Below, in pieces: positions 52,971-64,000 of a DNA stretch of 64,000 bases. This stretch comes from Tubiluchus corallicola (Eukaryota; Animalia; Priapulida). How positions within the stretch are numbered: position 1 is the first letter of the stretch; the number at the start of each line of letters is the position of its first letter. Both the position numbers and the translations under genes were made by a program. Under the pieces are notes generated by a model. That model was not told the origin of the DNA. It was given only the letters and a program-made list of their open reading frames with translations, and searched no databases. The DNA lies in assembly GCA_030141605.1 (NCBI GenBank), contig JAQGDQ010000507.1, positions 1 through 64,000 of the forward strand, read 5' to 3'.

Positions 52971-55406
52971 TAGAAACCAAAGACTATGCACGTGGGACGG
53001 TGAAGATAGCAACCAAAGACTGTGTACATGGGATGGTGAAGATAGCAACCAAAGATTGTGTACGTGGGACGGTGAAGATAGCAACCAAAGACTATGCACG
53101 TGGGACGGTGAAGATAGAAACCAAAGACTGTGTACGTAGGACGGTGAAGATAGAAACCAAAGACTGTGTACATGGGACGGTGAAGATAGAAACCAAAGAC
53201 TATGTACGTGGGACGGTGAAGATAGAAACCAAAGACTGTGTACATGGGACGGTGAAGATAGAAACCAAAGACTGTGTACGTGGGACGGTGAAGATAGAAA
53301 CTAAAGACTGTGTACATGGGACGGTGAAGATAGAAACCAAAGACTATGTACATGGGACGGTGAAGATAGAAACTAAAGACTGTGTACATGGGACGGTGAA
53401 GATAGCAACCAAAGACTAAGTACGTAGGACGGTGAAGATAGAAACCAAAGACTGTGTACATGGGACGGTGAAGATAGAAACCAAAGACTGTGTACATGGG
53501 ACGGTGAAGATAGAAACCAAAGACTGTGTACATGGGACGGTGAAGATAGAAACCAAGGACTATGTACGTGGGACGGTGAAGATAGAAACTAAAGACTGTG
53601 TACATGGGACGGTGAAGATAGAAACCAAAGACTATGTACATGGGACGGTGAAGATAGAAACTAAAGACTGTGTACATGGGACGGTGAAGATAGCAACCAA
53701 AGACTAAGTACGTGGGACGGTGAAAATAGAAACCAAAGACTATGTACGTGGGACGGTGAAGATAGAAACCAAAGACTATGTACGTCTAATGGTGAAGATA
53801 GAAACCAAATACTATGTACATGGGGTGGTGAAGATAGAAAACTAAGACTATGTACGTGGGACGGTGCAGATAGAAACCAAAGACTATGTACGTGGGACGG
53901 TGAAGATAGAAACCAAAGACTATGTACGTAGGACGGTGCAGATAGAAACCAAAGACTATGTACGTGGGACGGTGAAGATAGAAACCAAAGACTGTGTACG
54001 TAGGACGGTGAAGATAGAAACCAAAGACTATGTACATGGGACGGTGAAGATAGAAACCAAAGACTGTGTACGTGGGACGGTGAAGATAGAAACCAAAGAC
54101 TGTGTACATGGGACGGTGAAGATAGAAACCAAAGACTATGCACGTGGGACGGTGAAGATAGCAACCAAAGACTGTGTACATGGGACGGTGAAGATAGAAA
54201 CCAAAGACTGTGTACGTGGGACGGTGAAGATAGAAACCAAAGACTGTGTACGTGGGACGGTGAAGATAGAAACCAAAGACTGTGTACATGGGACGGTGAA
54301 GATAGAAACCAAAGACTATGCACGTGGGACGGTGAAGATAGCAACCAAAGACTGTGTACATGGGACGGTGAAGATAGAAACCAAAGACTGTGTACGTGGG
54401 ACGGTGAAGATAGAAACCAAAGACTGTGTACGTGGGACGGTGAAGATAGAAACCAAAGACTGTGTACATGGGACGGTGAAGATAGAAACCAAAGACTATG
54501 CACGTGGGACGGTGAAGATAGCAACCAAAGACTGTGTACATGGGACGGTGAAGATAGAAACCAAAGACTGTGTACGTGGGACGGTGAAGATAGAAACCAA
54601 AGACTGTGTACGTGGGACGGTGAAGATAGAAACCAAAGACTGTGTACATGGGACGGTGAAGATAGAAACCAAAGACTATGCACGTGGGACGGTGAAGATA
54701 GCAACCAAAGACTGTGTACATGGGACGGTGAAGATAGAAACCAAAGACTGTGTACGTGGGACGGTGAAGATAGAAACCAAAGACTGTGTACGTGGGACGG
54801 TGAAGATAGAAACCAAAGACTGTGTACATGGGACGGTGAAGATAGAAACCAAAGACTATGCACGTGGGACGGTGAAGATAGCAACCAAAGACTGTGTACA
54901 TGGGACGGTGAAGATAGAAACCAAAGACTGTGTACGTGGGACGGTGAAGATAGAAACCAAAGACTGTGTACGTGGGACGGTGAAGATAGCAACCAAAGAC
55001 TGTGTACATGGGACGGTGAAGATAGAAACCAAAGACTATGTACATGGGACGGTGAAGATAGAAACCAAAGACTGTGTACATGGGACGGTGAAGATAGAAA
55101 TCAAAGACTATGTACGTGGGACGGTGAAGATAGAAACCAAAGACTATGTACATGGGACGGTGAAGATAGAAACCAAAGACTGTGTACATGGGACGGTGAA
55201 GATAGAAACCAAAGACTGTGTACATGGGACGGTGAAGATAGAAACCAAAGACTGTGTACATGGGACGGTGAAGATAGAAACCAAAGACTATGTACATGGG
55301 ACGGTGAAGATAGAAACTAAAGACTGTGTACATGGGACGGTGAAGATAGCAACCAAAGACTAAGTACGTAGGACGGTGAAGATAGAAACCAAAGACTGTG
55401 TACATG
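52971..55406. repeat. 36 bp minisatellite, ~68 copies, with a 180 bp higher-order repeat
   Basis: Unit gatagaaaccaaagactgtgtacatgggacggtgaa; exact 5-unit period over ~54060-54960. Confidence 0.98.
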
Positions 55407-56796
55407 TGGAGAGACACAAACAGAAAAACATGTATTAATGAACTGTAACTTGACACGTGAAATCAGAAGAAAATATCCTAGTGTGAACTTTTCTGCACTG
55501 TCTAATATTATGGAGAGCAACCATTCATTTGAAATTTGCTCTCAAGTGTTACAAGCTTTTCGAAACTAACAGTGGTTTCATTAATGTTCGCTTAAAATAT
55601 CAAACTAAAATGTATAACCACTTTTTCGATGGTATAAAGTTAGTACAATTAGTTTATTTATATGCTAACATGATCCACATGTGATAAATTCTTGACGAAA
55701 ACAGTAATGGACTGTAAATTTTATTATTTTCTGCTACCCCAGTTTTTGTATCAATCATTGCACTCATAGTCAATAAACTAAACTACTAATGTCTAATGTT
55801 ATTATTATATACTTATTACAGCTGTACTGCTATGATACCAAACATTTCTCATCAATAACATCAGCCTCTCACAAATCACGATCAAGGAAAAATATTCAAT
55901 AAGCTAACCGACGCGCTCACGGCTCTTATTATACAGATGCTAGGCTTCAGCATAATTTGCTTTTTGTGTCAGGTTTCAAACGCACACCTAACATCCTCAA
56001 CAAATGTCAACTGTCATCCTCGAGATGAAGAGCAAGGAGGCGCTTTGCAATAAATTCAACATCATCTCTCATTGGGGTGTATTACTCCGCGACGGAAATT
56101 GCACAGGCGATAAAAATACGCATAAACCCTGCCGATCAATTAAACTAACGAACATAAAACTTCGTATGTCAAGCAAATCTAATTTTCCTGGAATAAAGTG
56201 CGGGTGCGATACGCCACACAAAGGCGAGTGCACTTCAAAAATGTCTAATGACAGGCGACAATGTTCATAGTCGACAAACATATCGTCGCCATTGTACAAT
56301 GACGTTTATGAAATGAATGAAAAGTAACTTTATCAACTGCAAGAAATGTGTACATTGCCCGTACCCTGTATTTGTGAATGGATCCGCCACTGATTAAAAA
56401 AATCATTGTGCGCCACTGCATGATAAAATAAAATGACATTAAGTGATAAATATTATAACAGCGCGTGTTTTATTCAGGGAAAGTGATATTGATTTAGCTG
56501 CATCCAAACAATTTTAATCAAATTTCGCTTTCCCGTGGCGAAGCAAGCCGAACAGAATGAATGTAACGTTTCAAGCGACATTCCAAAATATTTTAATAGC
56601 TTAAAAGCTTTCTGGGCGGTGACTAAATACGCTATTTACAACTACAAATCAGGTCCCTATAGAGTCCAAAGTCCGTCTACTCTAGCTCATAACACTCGGC
56701 TCAAAATCTGTCCCAATGTCATCCAGTCATGGCCGAGCAGTGTGAACTTAGTTCTCAAATAAAAATTAAGTTATCACCAAAGACAATCACAAACCT

Positions 56797-57337
56797 GGGA
56801 ATAAGAAACCTAGGAACCAGGAACAAAGGAATTAGGAACAAAAGCCCCAGTAACCTATGACTAAGACACTAGGAACCAGGAACCTAAGAACCAGGAACAC
56901 GGGGATTAGGAACAAAAGATATAGGAGCCTATGACTAAGAACCTACGAACCACAAACCTAGGGATTAGGAATCTAATATCTGGGAACCTAGGACAAGGAA
57001 TCTAGGAACCAGGAACACAGAGATTAGGAACAAAAGAACCAGGAACTTAGGAATCAGGAACATAGGAATTAGGAATAAAAGAACCAGGAATCCAGGGACT
57101 ACGAACCTAGGAACCGCAACCTAGGGATTAGGAACATAAGAACTGGGAACATAGGGATTAAGAACCTATGAACTAAGAACCTAGGAACCAGGAACACCTA
57201 GGAATTAGGAACCTATGAACCAGGCACCTAGAAACTAAGAATCTAAGAAACAAAAACCCAAGATTAGGAACCTAGCAACTAAGAACCTAGAAACCAGGAA
57301 CACCTAGGAATTAGAAATCTACGGACTAGGAACCTAA
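56797..57337. repeat. Degenerate 8-9 bp repeat (ctaggaac core)
   Basis: Dozens of (t)aggaac(c) motifs. Confidence 0.9.
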
Positions 57338-58004
57338 AAGCCAGTAAGAAAATTTGTACGACTGCATTCCTTTTGCAGTGAAAAACGTTTTTACACAAAT
57401 CCTATTGTTTTATACAACTGCTTACCTATCCAATGTTGTTAAGCTTTAATTACGAACCTTTCTGGCTAACTGCTGAACATTCTGTCATAATTAGCCAAGT
57501 TCTAGTTGACTCAATAAAAACCTGCTCGTTTTTGCAGCATCTCTAGCACGCGAATTCGCCATAAAAGAAGAGAACGTGTATAATGAACGATCGAAAAAAT
57601 CTTTGTGTTCTGTCAAGTATACTCACAGTAACGTAGAATAACATTGCACAGTTGCACTGTATCTTACATTAAAAAGACGGTGGTGCGTTCACATGAGCGC
57701 GACAAAAACGACAGTAGTAGGATGGTTGGTGTTAACCAACGTTAACATTTTAATGAGGTAAATCTGCTAGTTTGCATTGTTGACATCACCACTAGAGATT
57801 CAAACATGTGAATATTTACAGACCCGCAATTATATAACCCATTCGTGTCACTTATCAGACACGGTTAAGATATGAAGGGGGTCCAATGTAAGAATGGTCC
57901 CAAATCAAGGAAAAATATTACTTATTAATAGTCTTAGCAACAAAAGATCAATGACTGCACTAACAGAAATTCCTCACCAAAATGACGCCAAAAACCCAGA
58001 GGAC

Positions 58005-58270
58005 AATCAACAGAAGTCTAGACCCATGGTTTCAAATGAGGTCCCTGTGAGCAAAAACTTATTTTGACATTTTTAAGCATCGTGACCTTCACCTTAAACT
58101 TTTTAACCAAAAAGAAACGGGTTTCTAGCTCTTGTCTAGACCTATTCATGTGCCACGTTTGCCGGCTACAGCTTCATCTGTTTTGACCTTATTTGACGGA
58201 CTGACGCACAGACAGACACGCAATACGTTGGCTAAACGCCCGACCCACTACTGTCCGCATGGGTAACAAC
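58005..58270 (+). mobile_element. Helentron/HINE-like element without an internal array
   Basis: ttttgacattt..gtgaccttcacctt..catgtgcca.gttt..agcttcatc..gacagacacg, ending in a 3' hairpin ACCCA...TGGGT. Confidence 0.6.
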
Positions 58271-58627
58271 AATATGGTGTCCATAATACACAAACTGGTG
58301 AATAATCATCCTAACCCAAATTTAACCATAAATTCTTTGGGGAGTAAAGACTCTAACTATTATTAGATTAGAATTATTTGGCGAATGAGTATAACTTCTT
58401 CACACTGAACTTTGTTGCCGACCGGTTTCCAGAAATTACTGTTCATTTTCAAGGTAGCTAAAACAAAACCAAATATCAGACTGTAGAAACAACATCTGAA
58501 GTACAATGGAGAAGATAATAGCCAGCCGTTGCTTGATTTATACAGATAATTTAATAATTTAATCCTAGATTATCAGCATTTCAAACTTAAGAACAGAAAA
58601 AACTGCCTTTCTCTTGCCTACTCTTAA

Positions 58628-59245
58628 AGGAAGACAGGATGCTTTTTCGCATACTACCCCACTTTCAAATCCGATAAAAATTATACATTTTAACACGATT
58701 AATACTGCAAAAGCGTTTCTGATAATTAAATAACAGATTAACAACTTAATTGACGGCAGGCGAGCCCAACTATTGATGACATCACAAACTAGCATAATTT
58801 TCAGCACCAAAAATGTTCTACGAGCGTGTTGCACGCGTTTGTGAAAACGAAAATTGAAGTACAGTGCTACTGTAAGATGTTCAGTGTGTTGTACTAAAAC
58901 TAGGCATGTTTTAAGATAAAAATTTAAATTTCAAATTTACTGCTGTGTTCACGCATGCGCTGTCGAACGTGCGTGGTTCGTCAGAAACTAACACATCTGA
59001 ACTGAGAGATGCAGTAACTGCTTTTTGTGCAATGCGTTTCTAAAATCCAGGCGCTAGTGCCCATCTAACTAGCGAATGGCGAACTGCATGTAACAGCAAA
59101 GAACTAGTGGCGCGAAAGCGAATTTGTGTTTGTGTGGTAATAATTCTTTCACGTAAGCCATTTTTGAAAAATAGTATATTTTCTTTCAATATTTTAGAGA
59201 GTAGTTTGATTTGACCTGCAGTTTAAGATTAGGTCCGGTTTTGCT
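58628..59245 (-). mobile_element. Kolobok-like MITE, family B, complete
   Basis: TTAA|AGGAAGACAGGA...TCCGGTTTTGCT|TTAA. Confidence 0.88.
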
Positions 59246-60044
59246 TTAAAGAAAGCATGGAAGTTGTGTGCAACTTTGATAACATATTTACACATATGCA
59301 GCAAAACAATGCTCAGTTTCATACCACAAAACTTTTGGGGAAGAAAGCAGGTAATCGACTTGCAGAAAATAGGAATTAGTTAAATAAATAGTATAATAGA
59401 AAAAAATAGGAATAGCAAAAAACGAGAGACGTGTCAGCACGACAATTATCACAACAAAGACTAAACTAAGACGTTTGCTGGGTCTCCATAAAAATCAGGA
59501 CAACTGAACTACTCGACCCAAGCATGCCCTAATAAGCTGACTCAGGCTTGCAGGCTTTTGACTAGGGAAGTAATTGCACTGAGATACTGGAACCGTCGTG
59601 CTTCACTGATACACATAGTTAATTGCAGGAATCCCGAAAAGAGCAACAGCTAATTATATTAATATGATGATTCATGTAGCAGCCAAATATCAGCTTTGGA
59701 AGCAGAAAAGAATCACTACATGGAATGGCTATGCGACTTTGTCATGTCAACTGGACAACTGACCAAAGGAGATAAAGGACTGTCTTTCAAGAGAACCCGC
59801 AGTCGCAAGACGATCCTTGGAACAAATTTATTTATCTACAATCATTGGTTAGTATGACATGTGGACAAAACAGACAAGAGACAGAATGCCACATCATGAG
59901 AAGACGCAAGATCAGACTCTTTAAAATTGAAAACATGTCAGAACAACTACAACATACAACATCACGGTGAAACAGATCGCTTTATAGATTACTTCGCATG
60001 CGAATTACCAAAAACTGCAAGCCACCGATTTTGTTGTCACTATT

Positions 60045-60376
60045 AACCTAAACAGTACTGACCATTTTACTGTAAAATCTAAAACAATGGCTTCATATTC
60101 TAACCTACACAGTACTGACCATTCTACCCTAAAATCTATAACAATGACTTCAAGTTATAACTTACATAGTACTGACCATTCTGCTCTAAAATCTATAACA
60201 ATGGCTTCATGTGATAGCCTGCATAGTACTGACCATTCTACTCTAAAATCTGTAACAATGGCTTCATGTTCTAACCTACACAGTACTGACCATTCTGCTC
60301 TAAAATCTATAACAATGGCTTCATGTTCTAACCTACACAGTACTGGCCATTTTACTCTAAAATCTATAACAATGGT
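60045..60376. repeat. 57 bp minisatellite, ~6 copies
   Basis: Unit acagtactgaccattctgctctaaaatctataacaatggcttcatgttctaacctac. Confidence 0.95.
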
Positions 60377-60957
60377 TTTATGGTTGAGCACGTAAACCCC
60401 CGTATTCAAATGAGCTTGACCATCTGGGTAACTAATCAATCAAGTGCTTATGTTGACAATACAACAGAGGTATGTCTCGCATCCCTTTAAGATGTTTGCT
60501 AATCCATTAACTGCACCACGCAGAAAGCCCTGTTCTTGTGGACACGTACACTAGTAATCAATTATTCTGCAGTACAGCAAATTATGTTGTAAGAGCATTA
60601 ATGTCAAGATGCAGACAGTAGAACATTGATCACTGTCGTCACACCACGTAAAAAAATTTGATTACAGATATTTTGAGGAAACCTATTTCACGTAGGAGCA
60701 CGATCAATGCCAATCTCGAGGTTACGCCTCAGAAAGAGACTTAATCAAGGTCAAATCATCAAAATCAGTGTAGAGAGAGTCTTGAAGATTTGCTTCCTTG
60801 TGTTGACCTTGTTTATTTACTTTCTGTTTTATTTTTTGTTTATTTATTGCTTGCGCTTTTCTTAAAAGTTACACTTGACTAAGTTTAAGAAATATTTTTC
60901 ATCTAAATAGATTGTAATCTGCATTCGAACAAAAAAACCAAAAGCATTAGCACTAGT

Positions 60958-61432
60958 GACAACAACGACAACACACATAATGACAACAAAAACAACAACA
61001 TCAACAGTAAGAACAGCAGCAGCAGCAGTAGCAAAAGCAACAGCAACAAAAACAACAACAACAACGACAACACACACAATGACAACAAAAACAACAACAT
61101 CAACAGTAAGAACAGCAACAGTAGCAAGAGCAACAGCATCAGCAACAACAATATCAACGATAGCAACAACAATAACAACAACAGCAACAGCAACAACAGC
61201 AATAACAATAACAACAACAGTAACAACAGCAGCAGCAACAGCAACAACAGCAATAACAATAACAGCAACAGCAACAGCAGCAGCAGACGAAGCAGTGTAC
61301 AGCTGGAATGACAGTCACGACCATCACCACCACTGCAACCGCACCAGCAACAACGATGACAACAACGATAACAACAGCAACAACCAGAACGACAATCAGA
61401 AAGACAGACACAATAATTACAACTACAACTAC
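60958..61432. repeat. Compound (CAA/CAG)n microsatellite
   Basis: Direct observation. Confidence 0.95.
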
Positions 61433-61712
61433 AAGTGCTCAAATTGTATTTGCCGATGGTAATAACGGTCTGAATGCAAACTACTGCAGTTTCTAAATGT
61501 AAAAACACCTGTTACTGTAAGCGGTGTTAGCACTCACGCCATCCATTGTTCTATCGAATTTAAAACTATTTAGCTACTTCATACTGTAGGTGGCGACAGC
61601 AGTTATACATCGTTCTAGCATTTCAAGTACCAACAACAGCAGTAGCTAATGTGAATACACCTTACAACGTTGTTCAATCACATGAGTAATGCACAGAGTC
61701 ATTACCATATAC

Positions 61713-62363
61713 AGTATGTACCATCAGTATCAAAAGTACAAGGAATGATACTTCTGTACGTCTTACAATCATTGTAAGTATGTACCATCAGTATCAGAAG
61801 TACAAGGAATGATACTTCTGTACGTCTTACAATAATTGTAAGTATGTACCATCAGTATCAGAAGTACACGGGATGATACTTCTGTATGTCTTACAACAAT
61901 TGTAAGTATGTACCATCAGTATCAGAAGTACAAGGGATGATACTTCTGTACGTCGTACAACAATTGTAAGTATGTACCATCAGTATCAGAAGTATAAGGG
62001 ATGATACTTCTGTACGTCTTACAACAATTGTAAGTATGTACCATCAGCAGCATCAAAAGTACACAGGATGACACTTCTATACGTCTTACAACAATTGTAA
62101 GTATGTACCATCAGTATCAGAAGTACACGGGATGATACTTCTGTACGTCTTACAACAATTGTAAGTATGTACCATCAGCAGCATCAAAAGTACACGGGAT
62201 GACACTTCTGTACGTCTTACAACAATTGTAAGTATGCACCATCAGCAACATCTAAAGTACACAGGATGACACTTCTGTACGTCTTACAACAATTGTAAGT
62301 ATGTACCATCAGCAGCATCAGAAGTACACGGGATGATACTTCTGTACGTCTTACAACAATTGT
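61713..62363. repeat. 64-67 bp minisatellite, ~10 copies, two hairpins per unit
   Basis: Unit gtatgtaccatcagtatcagaagtacaagggatgatacttctgtacgtcttacaacaattgtaa. Confidence 0.96.
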
Positions 62364-62767
62364 ATCTTCTGCGAAAGACATTTCCCACTTTTATACAGCC
62401 GTTTCGAGTGACTATGTTGAAATAATTTCTGTAGCATCAGACAAACTCAACAAAAATGTTTTAAATCACATCGCTAAATGGTCCTGAAAAATCAATGAGA
62501 GAAGAGAAGACCAAGTCACACATTCATCTAAAAGGAAGAAGCCAAACAAACGATGTGCTTCGTGTATACCGCGAAAACCATATTTGCAGAAACGCTGCCA
62601 AAAATGCCCATAAAACAATCGTAAAAGAGATTTCTCTGCATTGGAAACGGACATTAAGTTTGCACACCGAGAAATCAAACTGGTATCAGACCTTTTAGCA
62701 AGTGCAAGTAATCTGGATGAGTGACGTAACTAGAAAAATGCAAATCTTTGAAGAAATGTATCCCACA

Positions 62768-63068
62768 ATAAGCGTTTTCACAGTTTCGTTGTGCGCAGTT
62801 GATGTAGGTCAAAGGTTAAGTGTACAACAGAAACGCATCTTAACTACCGCTGCCACGTAACGCATGTGTAAAGCAAAATCTCCTATCGAATCAGGAAACA
62901 AGAAAAAATGAACTAGACAAGGTTCTAGCTAGCTGTTACAACTGTTACTATTACAATAGTATGGTCTGCCAGGCGTAGTCAAGTGCACACAAATGCGTTG
63001 TCTGGCACACTTAACCTTTGACATTTTCACGATCATTATCGATCGCTGAAACTGTGAAAAGGCGTATT
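62768..63068. mobile_element. Foldback MITE 1
   Basis: Paired segments: ttttcacagtttc / gaaactgtgaaaa and gtcaaaggttaagtgt / acacttaacctttgac. Confidence 0.7.
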
Positions 63069-63337
63069 AGAAAACAAAGCAAAAAGAAATAAAAAGCACT
63101 ACGTTACAAAGTACCACAGTACTTTATCTTCAGGTGAAAGAAAAAAACAAATAAATCACTAAAACATTTACATTATTAATGAATAAAAACATCTCAGTGA
63201 AACTGATACAAGACCCTCCCCCCAAAAAGCGTTAGTAATTACGTGTCATAGATTTGCCTTTTTCTTTCACTTGAAGATAAAGTACAGTGGTACTTTGAAA
63301 CGTTGTGCGTTTTATTTCTTTTTTCCTTGTTTTTAAT
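63066..63337. mobile_element. Foldback MITE 2 (~85 bp arms)
   Basis: caaagtaccac.gtactttatcttca.gtgaaagaaaaa (63097-63145) is inverted at 63259-63297, and the match extends outward. Confidence 0.8.
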
Positions 63338-64000
63338 TGTGGATATTTTCAATGCATTGTCACTAATAATAAGAAATAATTTTTACAAAAATCTTTGATT
63401 TTAAACTCTGAATTTCACTCTTATCTTAATTTGTCAAGGAAAATAAAAAAAATCAGTGAGACAGACATGAATTGGAAAGATTCTCTCGACACAAAAAATG
63501 TCTAAATCAATGATCTTAGGGTCCCAGCACTGCACAAATAAATCAACATACATAACGATGAAATATAATGAACAAACGCGATAAAATAAAAAATAAGATA
63601 AGACAAAATATTTATTCAGGATAAATTTGATTGAGCAAAGCTTGTTTACAACAAGATCATGATTGGTGGTTTCCGTATTTCAAAGTTAAGAAAAATAAAT
63701 ATGTGTAAGTACTCAAAGATAAAATTTACAAAAATATACAAAAATTGTACAAACATTGTGTGACTTAATACCTTAAAGAAAATAAGCAGAAACGTAAAAA
63801 AAGAAAGCTACGATTATAACTGCAAAAAAAAATTTAAAACATGCAAATGTCAAAAGACATGGAGAGACAAAAATTGGCAAAGGACATGTCAAAAATTCAG
63901 AGACAAAAAGACAAGCAATTGAAAAATAATGTCATATAATACACAACTAATGAAAAGCAGAAATAAAAGCAAATTAAAACAATAAATAAAAACATTTACA

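Noticed and set aside
52856-55456. ORFs of 443-556 aa on both strands
   Set aside because: They result from a stop-poor 36 bp unit. Several frames are open at once, sporadic stops occur, and there is no unique domain.
57870-57895. miR-133-like string on the minus strand
   Set aside because: Seed mismatch and no precursor hairpin.
59700-59930. RTE-like LINE 3' remnant
   Set aside because: Only vague similarity across several frameshifts; not supportable by eye.

Overview
AT-rich eukaryotic (animal, probably invertebrate) non-coding DNA with no recognisable intact protein-coding gene. Every long ORF in the track comes from a micro- or minisatellite, apart from two short LINE remnants. Roughly a quarter to a third of the window (manual estimate) is tandem repeat: at least 15 unrelated minisatellite arrays (mostly 28-195 bp units) plus many microsatellites. 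Much of the rest is decayed transposons: TTAA-flanked Kolobok-like MITE families, Helentron/HINE-like elements that carry several of the arrays, a hAT-like element, foldback MITEs, 3' fragments of CR1/L2/other LINEs, and tRNA- and 5S-derived heads. The first 2.75 kb is a large inverted duplication with one garbled arm, most likely a fold-back read or assembly artefact. A few strong splice-site pairs on the minus strand suggest the window is mostly intron of one minus-strand transcript. All family assignments come from motif recognition by eye; no searches were run, and coordinates and copy numbers are manual estimates.
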